From the NCBI GenBank assembly GCA_026914245.1, contig CP110439.1, positions 4,650,001-4,714,000 on the forward strand: a stretch of DNA of 64,000 nt. The letters run 5' to 3'. This stretch comes from Puccinia triticina. Lineage: Eukaryota. Shown here one piece after another: positions 9,859 to 23,686 of this stretch. The first letter of the stretch is position 1. The number at the start of each line of letters is the position of its first letter. A program made the position numbers and the translations under genes. Below the pieces are notes generated by a model. That model did no database searches and was not told the DNA's origin. It saw only the letters and a list, made by a program, of their open reading frames with translations.

Positions 9859-10810
9859 CGAGGTCCCACAGCCTGAAGCTGTTGCCTTCAGATAGATACG
9901 ACATGAGTATTGAGGCCCTGCCCTTGACGTCTAGTTTCTTCCTGTTGGCCTCGGGAACTTTGTACCAAACTAGGCATCCAAAAAGGTGAATGTAGTTGAG
10001 ATCGACAGGCGGGATTTTCAAAATTGAGGTTGGTGAATCAAAGCCGGCCGGAGTGTTGCAGGGGAAAGAGTTGTAGGCGAAGAGGGAGTGACAGAGGGCA
10101 TCAGCCCAGAAGGATTTTGGTAGATGAGCGCTTATTAGAGCCAAGCGAACTAGGTTGCTTATTGTCCGATTTGTACGTTCGGCAACTCCATTAAGTTCTG
10201 GAGAGTGTGGAGGACCCAGTTCGTGCTTGATGCCGGATGAAGAGAGATAGGAAGAGAATTCTTTGGAAATGTATTCTCCTCCGTTGTCTGAGCGGAGGGA
10301 CAGGATCTTGTAGGAGCCATCCTTCTCAAAGAAGGATTGAAATAGTTTGAAACATGCGAATGAGTTGCTTTTAAATTTCATGGGATAGACAACCAAGAAT
10401 TTCGAGAAATCATTGACAAAAGTGATATAATAGGAATAACCCTCCCGTGACTTAACCTTGTACAAGCCGACGTCAGAGTGGATCAGTTGACCAGGGGATG
10501 TTGAGCGGTAGTTTGACCGTGACTTGAAGCTTTTCCTAGGCATTTTTGCCTGAACGCAGACCGGGCACTTCTGAACATCGATTTCGTTCATTAATGACGG
10601 GACAATATCTTTAGATTTGAGTAAACGTTTCAGGGGTTTTAGACTTATGTGTGAGAAGCGGTTGTGATAACCAAGTAGTGACCGGTCATATGCCAGTACA
10701 GGGAGTGAGAGAGAGGAACAAGAGCTCACAGGCTCGGAAGGTAGATAATACAGGTTGCTGCGCCTGTAGCCTCTGCCCATGAGATGTCCGTTGATCTTGG
10801 TGTCGTCCAA
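9859..10810 (-). pseudogene. Copia integrase (GAG-pre-integrase and DDE core)
   Basis: HNRFSH...CPVC, LIHSDVG, RSDNGGEY, PELNGVAER. Confidence 0.9.
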
Positions 10811-10831
10811 GGAGTAGAAATCACAGGATGA

Positions 10832-12121
10832 TCAAGAGAAGACAACGGTGAGTCCTTCGTCGCACATAGCGGCCACCAAGAGAAGAGGCTCATGGAGCGA
10901 GGGGACCACCAGAGTTTTCACGGTCTTTTCACCTTTGATTGGGAGCCTGGCCATCCCGCGATGTGTGGACTCGACCACCGAGTGGTCGGCAAGGCGGACC
11001 GGGGTGTGATCATTCTTTAGGGCGGTTAGGGAGGAGCCGTCCGGCGTCATAGACATCGAACAGCCTGAGTCAATGTTAGCATCCCCCCCTGACTTGTAAT
11101 CAGAAGACGCCAATAATGAGGTCACTGCGTTGCCCGCGGTGACCTCTAGCTCTGAGCCCGAATATTCAGATTCATCATCTTCGGCGTATTTGTTAGATGA
11201 ACGTCCAAGAGTTGCGACTGATTTCCTGCCGGCTTTGGCAGGAGGCTTGGACGATTGGGGTTGCTGCTTCTTCTCGGGGCGCGATTTATTATTGTTGTCC
11301 TTGATTTCCTTCAAAAGGCGACGAGAGTTCTTGCATTTGTTGAGGTCGTGGCCGTCAACGTTGCAGAAGTAGCAGTGACAGGGCTTCTGAGCGTGGGTGT
11401 CGTCTGATCGATTTGTCGATTTGCCTTTGTATCTCGTAGACGAAGCGTACGAGGCGGAGGCTACAGTGTCAGTCTGTGCCTGTCTGCGAGTATGCTCGTT
11501 TTTCAGAGCTAGGGCGATGGTTTCGGTCAGGATGTCGTCCTGGTTCATGAGATGAGAAACGCAGTTGATCCAGTTGTTGGGTATGGAGCTGAGGAGAGCG
11601 GCAGAATGAACTTCAGATGGAGTTAGGGGCTTTTCTGGGGTGACAAGAGCATTAAGTCGCTCATATGATTGGGACATCGTGTCCAAGTGGGCGAGAATGT
11701 TGTCGCCCTCCATCTTTGAGGGGAGGAGCTTTTGGATCCAGTAGATTTGACCGCCAGTGGATGAGTCCAGATGAGCCTTCTTAAGCGCGCTCCACATCCC
11801 GCAGGCATCTTCGCGGAATTCACAAACGTAGCGAAGGTTGGCAAGATCGATTGCCTGGGTTAAGACTGCAACCACGGCGTTGTTGTCGTTGGTCCACGTT
11901 GGAGTCCGTTGGTTTGCGGGTACTTCTTTGAGAACGTATTTAACGCCAACTGCAACGAAGTAGGCGGAGACAACAAGCTCCCAGTCGATGTAGTTTGAGT
12001 AATGACCTGGGGCTGTCAGAATTGGGAGTCTTGCGCTCGAGAATTTTTGATTGGAGCCGCTGGAGTTGAGACCAACGTTGATCTTGACATGTTCCAAGGC
12101 TGGCGCTTTGTCGGAAGACAT
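10832..12121 (-). pseudogene. gag: Copia Gag-protease portion (premature stop at 10832-10834)
   Basis: Zinc knuckle CYFCNVDGHDLNKC; protease motif NIDSGCS. Confidence 0.88.
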
Positions 12122-12264
12122 CTAGGCGAGAAGGGCAAAGTCGCAAGAGATGGTGAAGCGGCAAAGAAATTTGAGAGCGTTGATGATCCTTTGGGGTTGA
12201 CGACCTCAATGTAGATACACCAGAAAACCTTTTTTTTAACGTGCCGGTAGCTGTGAGCTAACGC

Positions 12265-12276
12265 GGGCTCATAACC
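12265..12276 (-). promoter_or_regulatory. Copia PBS of the half-tRNA-iMet type (GGTTATGAGCCC)
   Basis: Directly follows the LTR CA and resembles the copia/Ty5 type of PBS that pairs with the initiator tRNA anticodon arm. Confidence 0.75.
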
Positions 12277-12610
12277 TGATAAGCAAGAGCAGGGTCTGAG
12301 AATAGCAGGCACAATGTGGGGCGGTGTTCGATGGTTGTGGAAGGATCACATTGCATGTCAGACTGGAAAGCAAAAAGGAAAAGAGAAAACATGAAGAAGA
12401 AAGAAAAAGAGAGAGATACCTACCTGAGAACAGCAGGCACAATGTGGGGCAGTGTTTGATGGTTGTGGAAGGATGAGAGAGGAGTCCTTCCACGCCTGCT
12501 GCCTCAGGTAGCCTACATACAACGTGTAACATGAGAGTGAAATGTGAGAAAGGAAGTGACATGTGAGAAGCAGAAAGAAGAAAAACAAAACCTGAGTATA
12601 ATACTCAACA
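12277..12610 (-). repeat. Copia 5' LTR (334 bp) with an internal ~50-bp duplication
   Basis: TG...CA termini; 12296-12346 is repeated at 12425-12475. Confidence 0.8.
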
Positions 12611-13013
12611 CTGTCCTTCCCCCCTCACTTGTACCTCATGCAGAGAACTATATACAGAATTTATACTGAATTTTAGATACAGAAATGATAGTGCCCATTC
12701 TCATCAACCTATTGATATCAGTGCAGTTGCTCCTGAACCCATTGCTGTTGAACCTTTGACATTGCATTCCCCTCTCTCATCACTACTCCAACCCTCTCAC
12801 CCTCAGTAGTCAGTAGTCAGCTCATAGTACTAGCTCCTAAGATCAAGTAGAAATCAGCCACACCTTTTCTTCTTTTTTCTTAGTTTTACTCTCATCCCCT
12901 CAGCATTAGTCAGGAAGGCAGCCTCATCAGCACCCTTGCATAGCTTACATTAGTACTAGTGTTGCTATCCATTTCCCTTCCAAGCTCTATTGTCCCCTTT
13001 GAGTAGTTCCACA
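12611..13013 (+). mobile_element. Distal part of a TGTGG/TTCCACA-family LTR interrupted by the Copia element
   Basis: Closely matches the reverse complement of 55933-56305; ends GAGTAGTTCCACA followed by CCGG. Confidence 0.85.
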
Positions 13014-13892
13014 CCGGTCGATCCCAGTCATCTTGGTGATGATTGGTTATGTTGATGGCGTACTTGTATGAGCCAATGTTCACTACTGAGCACAGTCCTC
13101 AAAATAGCTTCATGTATAAAAGGCTGTGTATTACTTTGAGGGTCCGTGCTCTTGTGTCGTAATGAATCTCTGCAATTCTGGCTTACAGAGTCAGTAGCAC
13201 TGTTGAACATATTTTGTATTGTATAATTTTTCAGGATTGCCATCACTACCAAGATGGATGAATTTGCGATGTTGTATATTGATCAATTTATATTGATCAA
13301 TTTATATTGATCAATTTTTTTAATTTTTTTATTCCTGTTGATACTATTGTCTGTGTTCCATGTCTCCTTAATACTCTTCTATGATCTCTCTCCTTCCCCC
13401 TGTGTTAGCTTCAAGCCACAGGAATTTTTTTTTTTTGCCTGATAAAATTCATGAATTTCTACATACACCATTCAATTCTTCCTGAAAAATGCAAGTTTTA
13501 GGATTAATCCAGGGTAGCTGAGGGGCCTCAATTTTTTTTTCTTTTTTTTACATCAACAATTGATGTTATCAGAAGTCTCCAAATCTACTTTTTTTCAAAA
13601 AAGGAAAAACATTGACCCCTGACCTCTCTCATGATACCATCCTGCACTCCTTCTTAACTTGGTTGGTTGAACTTCCTGAAGATATTGCATATCATACTTG
13701 AAGTACTACAGGCATAGAAGGCCTTTTTGAAATTAGTTTACCAAGGTTTAGCATATTTTTGTCAGGTTCTTTTTTTTATCTACTTTTGTTATCAACCACA
13801 GATTGATGAGGAATATTTCCTCAGAAAATTTCATTGGGAAGTTTTTCTGCATATAAAACCCAGAAATATTATATTTGGGGGCACATCCATTT

Positions 13893-14507
13893 TGCAGCAG
13901 CTATAATCTGATCAGTGGCCAAATAGCACTACTTTGGTTGTTTCTTGGTGTTTCTGCGACTATATCTCATCCCAGCCTGGGAATGTTTCGAAAATATTGC
14001 TACCAAAATTTTGACAAGCACACAAAGTTTCATAATGTACCTTTGCTGACCACAAAACCACCAAATGTAGCACCTACAGTCTGATCAGTTTCCAAATATC
14101 ACTACTTTGGTAGTTTCTGGGTGTTTCTGCCACTATATCTCATCCCAGGGTGGGAATTCTTCTGCCAGATTGTTAAGAAAATGTTAAAAAGCGGCCAAAG
14201 TTTCATTATGTACCTTTTCAAACCACAAAACCCCTAAATGTAGCAGGTACAGTCTGATCAGTTTTCAAATATCACTACTTTGGCAGTTTCTAGGTGTTTC
14301 TGCCACTATATCTCATCCCAGTGTGGGAGTTCTTCTGCCATATGGTTACCAAAATTTTGTGAAGCCCCCAAAGTACCATTATGCTCCTTTACTGACCACA
14401 AAACCCCCACATGTAGCAGTTACAGTCTGATCAGTTTCCAAACTTTGGTAGTTTCTGGGTGTTTGTGCCACTATATCTCATCCCAGCGTGGGAATTGTTC
14501 TGCCAGA
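13893..14507 (-). repeat. 173-bp satellite, short left block (about 3.5 monomers) in opposite orientation to the main block
   Basis: Reverse complement of the monomer seen at 14527-24625. Confidence 0.92.
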
Positions 14508-17500
14508 GTGTTAGTAGAGGTGCTTAATGAAACTTTTAGGGCTTTCAAACATTTTGGTAACCATATTGCAGAAGAATTCCCACGCTGGGATGAGATACAG
14601 TGGCAGAAACATCAGAAACTACCAAAGTAGTGATATTTGGAAACTGATCAGACTGTAGCTGCTACACTTGTGGGTTTTGTGGTGAACAAAGGTACATGAT
14701 GAGCTTTTGGACCCCTGTAAACATTTTGGTAACCATATGGTCGAAGAATGCCCACGGTGGGATGAGATATAGTGGCAGAAACACCCAGAAACTGCCAAAG
14801 TAGTGATATTTGGAAACTGATCAGACTGTAGCTGCTACATTTGGGGGTTTTGTGGTGAACAAAGGTACGTGATAAAATTTTGGACCCTTTTAAACATTTT
14901 GGTAACCATATGGCAGAGGAATACCCACACTGGGATGAGATATAGTTGCAAAAACACCCAGAAACTGCCAAAGTAGTGATATTTGGAAACTGATCAGACT
15001 GTAGCTGCTGAATTTGGGGGTTTTGTGGTCAGCAAAGGTACACAATGAAACTTTGGGGGCTCTGTACATTTTGGTAACCATATGGCAGAAGAATACCCAC
15101 GCTGCAATGAGATATAGTGGCAGAAACGCCCAGAAACTGCCAAAGTAGTGATATTTGGAAACTGATCAGACTGTAGCTGCTACATTTGGGGGTTTTGTGG
15201 TGAACAAAGGTACGTGATGAAACTTTGGACCCTTTTGTACATTTAGGTAACCATATTGCAGAAGAATATCCACACTGGGATGAGATATAGTAGCAGAAAC
15301 ACCCAGAAACTGCCAAAGTAGTAACATTTGTAAACCGATCAGACTGTAGCTGCTACATTTGGGGGTTTTGTGGTCAGCAAAGGTACACAATGAAACTTTG
15401 TGGGCTTGCGTACATTTTGGTAACCATATGGCAGAAGAATACCCACGCTGTGATGAGATATAGTGGCAGAAACGCCCAGAAACTGCCAAAGTTGTGATGT
15501 TTGGAAACTGATCAGACTGTAGCTGCTACATTTGGGGGCTTTGTGGTGAACAAAGGTACGTGATGAAATTTTGGACCCTTGTCAACATTTTGGTAACCAT
15601 ATGATTGAAGAATACCCACGGTGGGATGAGATATACTGGCAGAAACATCCAGAAACTGCCAAAGTAGTGATTTTTGGAAACTGATCAGACTGTAGCTGCC
15701 ACATTTGGGGGTTTTGTGGTCAGCAAAGGTACACAATGAAACTTTGGGGGCTTGTCTACATTGTGGTAACCATATGGCAGAAGAACACCCACGCTGGGAT
15801 GAGACATAGTGGCAGAAAAGCCGAGAAACTGCCAAAGTAGTGATATTTGGAAACTGATCAGACTGTTGCTGCTACTTTCCGGGGTTTTGTGGTGAAAAAA
15901 GGTACGTGATGAAATTTTGGACCCTTTTGTACATTTTGGTAACCATATTGCAGAAGAATATCCACACTGGGATGAGATATAGTGGCAGAAAGACCCAGAA
16001 ACTGCCAAAGTAGTGATATTTGGAAACTGTTCAGACTGTCGCTGCTACATTTGGGGGTTTTGTGGTAAAAAAAGGTACATAATGAAATTTTGGACCCTTG
16101 TTAACATTTTGTTAACCATATGGCAGAAGAATACCCACGCTGGGATGAGATATAGTGGCAGAAACGCCAAGAAACTGCCAATGTAGTGATATTTGGAAAC
16201 TGATCAGACTGTAGCTGCTACATTTGGGGTTTTGTGGTGAATAAAGGTACGTGATGCAATTTTAGACCCTTGTAAACATTTTGGTAACCATATGGCAGAA
16301 GAATTCCCCTGGTGGGATGAGATATAGTGGCAGAAACACCCAGAAACTGCCAAAGTAGTGATATTTGGAAACTGATCAGACTGTAGCTGCTACATTTGGG
16401 GGTTTTGTGGTCAGCAAAGGTAGACAATGAAACTTTGGGGGCTTGTGTACATTTTGGTAACTATATGGCAGAAGAATTCCCATGCTGGGATGAGATATAG
16501 TGGCAGAAACACCCAGAAACTGCCAAAGTAGTGATATTTGGAAACTGATCAGACTGTAGCTGCTACATTTGGGGGTTTTGTGGTCAGCCAAGGTGCACAA
16601 TGAAACTTTGGGGGCTTGGTTACATTTTGGTAACCATATGGCAGAAGAATACCCACGCTGGGATGAGATATAGTGGCAGAAAGCCAAGAACCTGGCAAAG
16701 TAGTGATATTTGGAAACTGATCAGACTGTAGCTGCTACATTTGGGGGTTTTGTGGTGAACCGAGGTGCGTGATGTAATTTTGTACCCTTTTGTACATTTT
16801 GGTAACCATATTGCAGAAGAATATCCACACTGGGATGAGATATAGTGGCAGAAAGACCCAGAAACTGCCAAAGTAGTGATATTTGGAAACTGTTCAGACT
16901 GTAGCTGCTACATTTGGGGGTTGTGTGGTGAACAATGGTACGTAATGAAATTTGGGACGCTTGTAAACATTTTGTTAACCATATGGCAGAAGAATACCCA
17001 GGCTGGGATGAGATATAGTGGCAGAAAGACCCAGAAACTGCCAAAGTAGTGATATTTGGAAACTGATCAGACTGTAGCTGCTACATTTGGGGGTTTTGTG
17101 GTCAGCCAAGGTCCACAATGAAACTTTGGGGGCTTGTTTAAATTTTGGTAACCATATGGCAGAAGAATACCCACGCTGGGATGAGATATAGTGGCAGAAA
17201 GCCAAGAACCTGGCAAAGTAGTGATATTTGGAAACTGATCAGACTGTAGCTGCTACATTTGGGGGTTTTGTGGTGAACCAAGGTACATGATGTAATTTTG
17301 TACCCTTTTGTACATTTTGGTAACCATATTGCAGAAGAATATCCACACTGGGATGAGATATAGTGGCAGAAAGACCCAGAAACTGCCAAAGTAGTGATAT
17401 TTGGAAACTGTTCAGACTGTAGCTGCGACATTTGGGGGTTTTGTGGTGAACAAAGGTACATAATGAAATTTAGGACGCTTGTAAACATTTTGTTAACCAT

Positions 17501-20500
17501 ATGGCAGAAGAATACCCAGGCTGGGATGAGATATAGTGGCAGAAAGACCCAGAAACTGCCAAAGTAGTGATATTTGGAAACTGTTCAGACTGTCGCTGCT
17601 ACATTTGGGGGTTTTGTGGTAAAAAAAGGTACATAATGAAATTTTGGACCCTTGTTAACATTTTGTTAACCATATGGCAGAAGAATACCCACGCTGGGAT
17701 GAGATATAGTGGCAGAAACGCCAAGAAACTGCCAATGTAGTGATATTTGGAAACTGATCAGACTGTAGCTGCTACATTTGGGGTTTTGTGGTGAATAAAG
17801 GTACGTGATGCAATTTTAGACCCTTGTAAACATTTTGGTAACCATATGGCAGAAGAATTCCCCTGGTGGGATGAGATATAGTGGCAGAAACACCCAGAAA
17901 CTGCCAAAGTAGTGATATTTGGAAACTGATCAGACTGTAGCTGCTACATTTGGGGGTTTTGTGCTCAGCAAAGGTACACAATGAAACTTTGGGGGCTTGT
18001 GTACATTTTGGTAACCATATGGCAGAAGAATACCCACGCTGCGATGAGATATAGTGGCAGAAACGCCGAGAAACTGCCATAGTAGTGATATTTGTAAACC
18101 GATCAGACTGCAGCTGCTACATTTGGGTGTTTTGTGGTCAGAAAAGGTACACAATGAAACTTTGGGGGCTTGCGTACATTTTGGTAACCATATGGCAGAA
18201 GAATACCCACGCTGTGATGAGATATAGTGGCAGAAACGCCCAGAAACTGCCAAAGTTGTGATATTTGGAAACTGATCAGACTGTAGCTGCTACATTTGGG
18301 GGTTTTGTGGTGAACAAAGGCACGTGATGAAATATTGGACCCTTGTCAACATTTTGGTAACCATATGGTCGAAGAATACCCACGGTGGGATGAGATATAC
18401 TGGCAGAAACATCCAGAAACTGCCAAAGTAGTGATTTTTGGAAACTGATCAGACTGTAGCTGCCACATTTGGGGGTTTTGTGGTCGACAAAGGTGGACAA
18501 TGAAACTTTGGGGGCTTTTGTACATTTTGGTAACCATATGGCAGAAGAATTCCCATGCTGGGATGAGATATAGTGGCAGAAACGCCCAGAAACTGCCAAA
18601 GTAGTGATATTTGGAAACTGATCAGAATGTAGCTGCTTCATTTTGGGGTTTTGTAGTGAAAAAAGGTATGTGATGAAATTTTGGACCTTTTTGTACATTT
18701 TGGTAACCATATTGCAGAAGAATATCCACACTGGGATGAGATATAGTGGCAGAAACACCCAGAAACTGCCAAAGTAGTGATATTTGGAAACTGATCAGAC
18801 TGTAGCTGCTACATTTGGGGGTTTTGTGGTCAGCAAAGGTACACAATGAACCTTTGGGGGCTTTTGTACATTTTGCTAACCATATGGCAGACGAATACCC
18901 ACGCTGCGATGAGATATAGTGGCAGAAACACCTAGAAACTGCCAAAGTAGTGATATTTGGAAGCCAATCAGACTGTAGCTGCTACATTTGGGGGTTTTGT
19001 GGTCAGCAAAAGTACACAATGAACCTTTGGGGGCTTGTGTACATTTTGGTAACCATATTGGAGAAGAATAACCACACTGGGATGAGATATAGTGGCAGAA
19101 ACGCTGAGAAACTGCCAAAGTAGTGATATTTCGAAACTCTTCAGACTGTAGCTGCTACATTTGGGGGTTTTGTGGTGAACAAAGGTACCTAATGAAATTT
19201 TGAACGCTTATAAACATTTTGGTAACCACATGGCAGAAGAATTCCCACGCTGGGATGAGATATAGTGGCCAAAACACCCAGAAACTGCCAAAGCAGTGAT
19301 ATTTGGAAACTGATCAGACTGTAGCTGCTACATTTGGGGGTTTTGTGGTGAACAAAGGTACATGATGAAATTATGGACCCTTTTAAACATTTTGGTGACC
19401 ATATTGCAGAAGAATACCCACACTGGGATGAGGTATAGTGGCAGAAACACCCAGAAACTGCCAAAGTAGTGATATTTGGAAACTGATCAGACTGTAGTTG
19501 CTACATTTGGGGGTCTTGTGGTAAACAAAGGTACATAATGAAATTTTGACCGCGCCTCAACATTTTGATAAGCATATGGCAGAAGAATTCCCACGCTGGG
19601 ATGAGATATAGTGGCAGAAACGCCCAGAAACTGCCAAAGTGGTGTTATTTGGAAACTGATCAGACTGTAGCTGCTACATTTGGGGGTTGTGTGGTGAACA
19701 AAGGTTCATAATGAAATTTTGGCCGCTCATAAACATTTTGGTAAGCATATGGCAGAAGAATACCCACACTGGGATGAGATATAGTGGCAGAAACGCCCAG
19801 AAACTGCCAAAGTAGTGATATATGGAAACTGATCAGACTGTAGCTGCTACATTTGGGGGTTTTGTGGTGAACAAAGGTACGTGATGAAATTTTGGACCCT
19901 TTTAAACATTATGGTAACCATATGGCAGAGGAATACCCACACTGGGATCAGATATAGTTGCAAAAACACCCAGAACCTGCCAAAGTAGTGATATTTGGAA
20001 ACTGATCAGACTGTAGCTGCTGAATTTGGGGGTTTTGTGGTCAGCAAAGGTACACAATGAAACTTTGGGGGCTCTGTACATTTTGGTAACCATATGGCAG
20101 AAGAATACCCACGCTGCAATGAGATACAGTGGCAGAAACGCCCAGAAACTGCCAAAGTAGTGATATTTGGAAACTGATCAGACTGTAGCTGCTACATTCG
20201 GGGGTTTTGTGGTGAACAAAGATACGTGATGAAATTTTGGACCCTTGTCAACATTTTGGTAACCATATGGCAGAAGAATACCCACGCTGGGATGAGAAAT
20301 AGTGGCACAAACACCCAGAAACTGCCAAAGTAGTGATATTTGGGAACTGATCAGACTGTAGTTGCTACATTTGGAAGTTTTGTGGTGAACAAAGGTACGT
20401 AATGAAATTTAGGACGCTTGTAAACATTTTTGTAACCATATGGCAGAAGAATACCCACACTGCGATGAGATACAGTGGCAGAAACGCCCAGAAACTGCCA

Positions 20501-21014
20501 AAGTAGTGATATTTGGAAACTGATCAGACTGTAGCTGCTACATTTGGGGGTTTTGTGGTGAAAAAAGGTACATAATGAAATTTTGGACGCTTTTAAACAT
20601 TTTGGTAACCATATGGCCGAAGAATACCCACGGTGGGATGAGATATAGTGGCAGAAACACCCAGAAACTGCCAAAGTGGTGATATTTGGAAACTGATCAG
20701 ACTGTAGCTGCTACATTTGGGGGTTTTGTGGTGAACAAAGGTACGTAATGAAATTTTGCCCGCTCCTAAACATTTTGGTAAGCATATGGCAGAAGAATTC
20801 CCACGCTGGGATGAGATCTGGTGACAGAAACTCCCAGAAACTGCCAAAGTAGTGATATTTGGAAACTGATCAGACTGTAGCTGCTACATTTGGGGGTTTT
20901 GTCGTCAGCAAAGGTACACAATGAAACTTTGGGAGTTTTTGTACATTTTGGTAACCATATGGCAGAAGAATTCCCACGCTGGGATGAGATATAGTGGCAG
21001 AAACGCCCAGAAAC

Positions 21015-21420
21015 CAACGATGGGAGGTTACGCTACCCGTAACGGTAGCGTAACAAAATGTAACGGAATCCTTCCCGTTATCGTTAACATGACGGCAGCA
21101 AAGCTTCCTTTACATTTTCTTTAATTTTTTTCCCTCTCTTCCTAGCCTTGTTACGTTATCCCTTGCAATTATAGGAGGACATCCTGCGCAAAAAAGGGGG
21201 GTTTTCCCCCTTCATGGCATTTTTACCTTTGGTAACGCGGCTAACAAGTTATTTCCGTTATTTTTCTGGGTATTGGGGGTGAAAACACCCCCTGTTACGT
21301 TACCCACCGGCCCAAGGAGCCATGTTGCCAGATAACGGTAACGCATTATCTGGTAACGGTGGGAAGTTACGTTACAAAAATCCCTCTGGATATCGTAACG
21401 TATGTAACTTCCCATTGTTG
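21015..21420. mobile_element. 406-bp hAT-type MITE, 7-bp TSD CAGAAAC
   Basis: TIR CAACGATGGGAGGTTAC / GTAACTTCCCATTGTTG; GTAAC/GTTAC subterminal motifs. Confidence 0.9.
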
Positions 21421-21932
21421 CAGAAACTGCCAAAGTAGTGATATTTGGAAACTGATCAGACTGTAGCTGCTACATTTGGGGGTTTTGTGGTGAACAAAGG
21501 TACGTAATGAAATTTTGGACATTTGCAAACATTTTGGTAACCATATGGTCGAAGAATGCCCACGGTGGGATGAGATATAGTGGCAGAAACACCCAGAAAC
21601 TGCCAAAGTAGTGATATTTGGAAACTGATCAGACTGTAGCTGCTACATTTGGGAGTTTTGTGGTGAACAAAGGTACGTAATGAAATTTTGGACGCTTGTA
21701 AACATTTTGGTAACCATATGGCAGAAGAATTCCCACGCCGGGATGAGATATAGTGGCCGAAACACCCAGAAACTGCCAAAGTAGTGATATTTGGAAACTG
21801 ATCAGACTGTAGCTTCTACATTTGGGGGTTTTGTGGTGAACAAAGGTCCGTAATGAAATTTTGGCCGCTCCTAAACATTTTGGTAAGCATATGGCAGAAG
21901 AATACCCACACTGGGATGAGATATACTGGCAG

Positions 21933-22563
21933 CAACACTGCAAGAGCTTCGCTTCGCTACAAAAAGCGGCGCTTTTGCGTAGCGAAGCGGAAACACCCTA
22001 CTCTGGATCCAGAATAGCGTTCGCGCTAGCGGAAAATCACTACTTTGAGCGGTAGAGAAGCGCCAGAACCCCTCCTGCAGTTTTGGCCTGCGTGTAGCGA
22101 AGCGCTTTTTTTTGCCGCTTTGCTACAGTATAGCGGAGCGGAAAAATTGACGCTTTTTGGCACTAATAGCGCTTTTTAGCGCCAAAAGCGTAGCAAACCA
22201 GGTCGCTTTTGTGCCAAAAGAGTAGCGGGCATCTCTGCCTTTTGGTGGAAAATGCCAGAAATAGTACATAAACATCAATTCTCCATCATTTTATGATGTG
22301 CAGTATTGATGTTTGAATGGTGCTATGGTAGCGCAGCAAAATCGCTACAGTAGCGTTTTTTCCGCTACTATAGCGAGAAGCGTAGCGAATTGCCGCTACT
22401 CTGCGCTAAAAAAAGCGCGCTATTTTCTTTGATTTTTTCCCCTTAAAAAATTTAGCGAATAGTGAAGCGCCAAGTCCGCTACAAAAAGCTTAGCGAAGCA
22501 GGGCTAAAGCCGCTACGCTTTTGCTACGCTGCCACTTTTTGTAGCATAGCTCTTGCACTGTTG
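21933..22563. mobile_element. 631-bp hAT-type MITE, 7-bp TSD (C/G)TGGCAG
   Basis: TIR CAACACTGCAAGAGCT / AGCTCTTGCACTGTTG; TAGCG/CGCTA subterminal motifs; one mismatch in the TSD. Confidence 0.87.
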
Positions 22564-22734
22564 GTGGCAGAAACGCCCAGAAACTGCCAAAGTAGTGATA
22601 TTTGGAAACTGATCAGACTGTAGCTGCTACATTTGGGGGTTTTGTGGTGAAAAAAGGTATGCAATGAAGTTTTGGCCGCTCCCAAACATTTTGGTAAGCA
22701 TATGGCAGAAGAATATCCACACTGGGATGAGATA

Positions 22735-23686
22735 TGTCAGCCACAGAGTACATGTCACAGTACCTTACACGTACCAAGTACCTGCAATTGTTCACATTAC
22801 TCATAGTACATTCCTTTTACACCTTTATTTCATATGTATATCATTAGATACAAGCTTAAGAATGTACTCTTGTTATACATTGCATTACAGATAACCATAG
22901 TTAAATACAGTTACCATAATGTACTGCTGTTATGAGAGTTAAGTTACGTGCAAACAGTAAGATTACAATACATTGTAATATTACTGTACACGTGAAATAC
23001 CCCAAGACAGGTATCACTCATTTATCCCCTGTTACGCCTTAGTACCTATTTACATAACATATTGGTTATGATATAGATACATAAAAAATACATGATGTAA
23101 TCCAATTCAAAGAGCACTGTATGGAATCACTGATTGGTCATGATCAGCTAGTGTGCACAGCTACTGATCTAGGATCAGTACTGATCATTGCTCTACCCTG
23201 ATCATTTCCAATGTTGATCCTCATGAGGATCTGCTTCCCTTGAGCGCTTCCAGTCCCCCCTGGTCCTGAAGCGCCTCCAAGCGCCTCATGTTCCCTCCTG
23301 CTCTTTCCCCCTCTATATAAACACGCCCCCCAGGACTGTTTATCCCTCAGAATATTATTACAGCAAAGTTTAACCCATACTATAGTTAAACAGTGCTTTC
23401 ATTCTTACCCATCATTCAATTCAGGAATACCTTCAACTCTTGATTACTCTTACCTTTCTGTAGGTAAAACCAAGAACCCAAGTTGAGTTATTCCTTGGAT
23501 GCCTATTAACACTCTGTGTTGATCTGGATGCACCTTAATTGAGCAAGCCTCTCAGTCAAGATTACTGATAGAGTGAAACCTTTTACAGGTCTTACCACGA
23601 ACCCATTAGCCCATCCTTGGCATCTCACACCATCATCTTGATAGTAACAACCCTCTCAGACACGGTTAGTTACATACAGGCTGACA
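22735..23686. mobile_element. Solo LTR (952 bp) in the satellite, 5-bp TSD AGATA
   Basis: TGTCAGCC...GGCTGACA; TATA-like TATATAA near 23314. Confidence 0.9.

Larger units (their letters stand above)
7453..12610 (-). mobile_element. Ty1/Copia LTR retrotransposon (degenerate; the rest of RT/RH and the 3' LTR lie beyond the nested Gypsy, outside the window)
   Basis: Domain order gag-PR-IN-RT. 5' LTR at 12277-12610 (TGTTGA...ATCA) followed by PBS GGTTATGAGCCC. Confidence 0.93.
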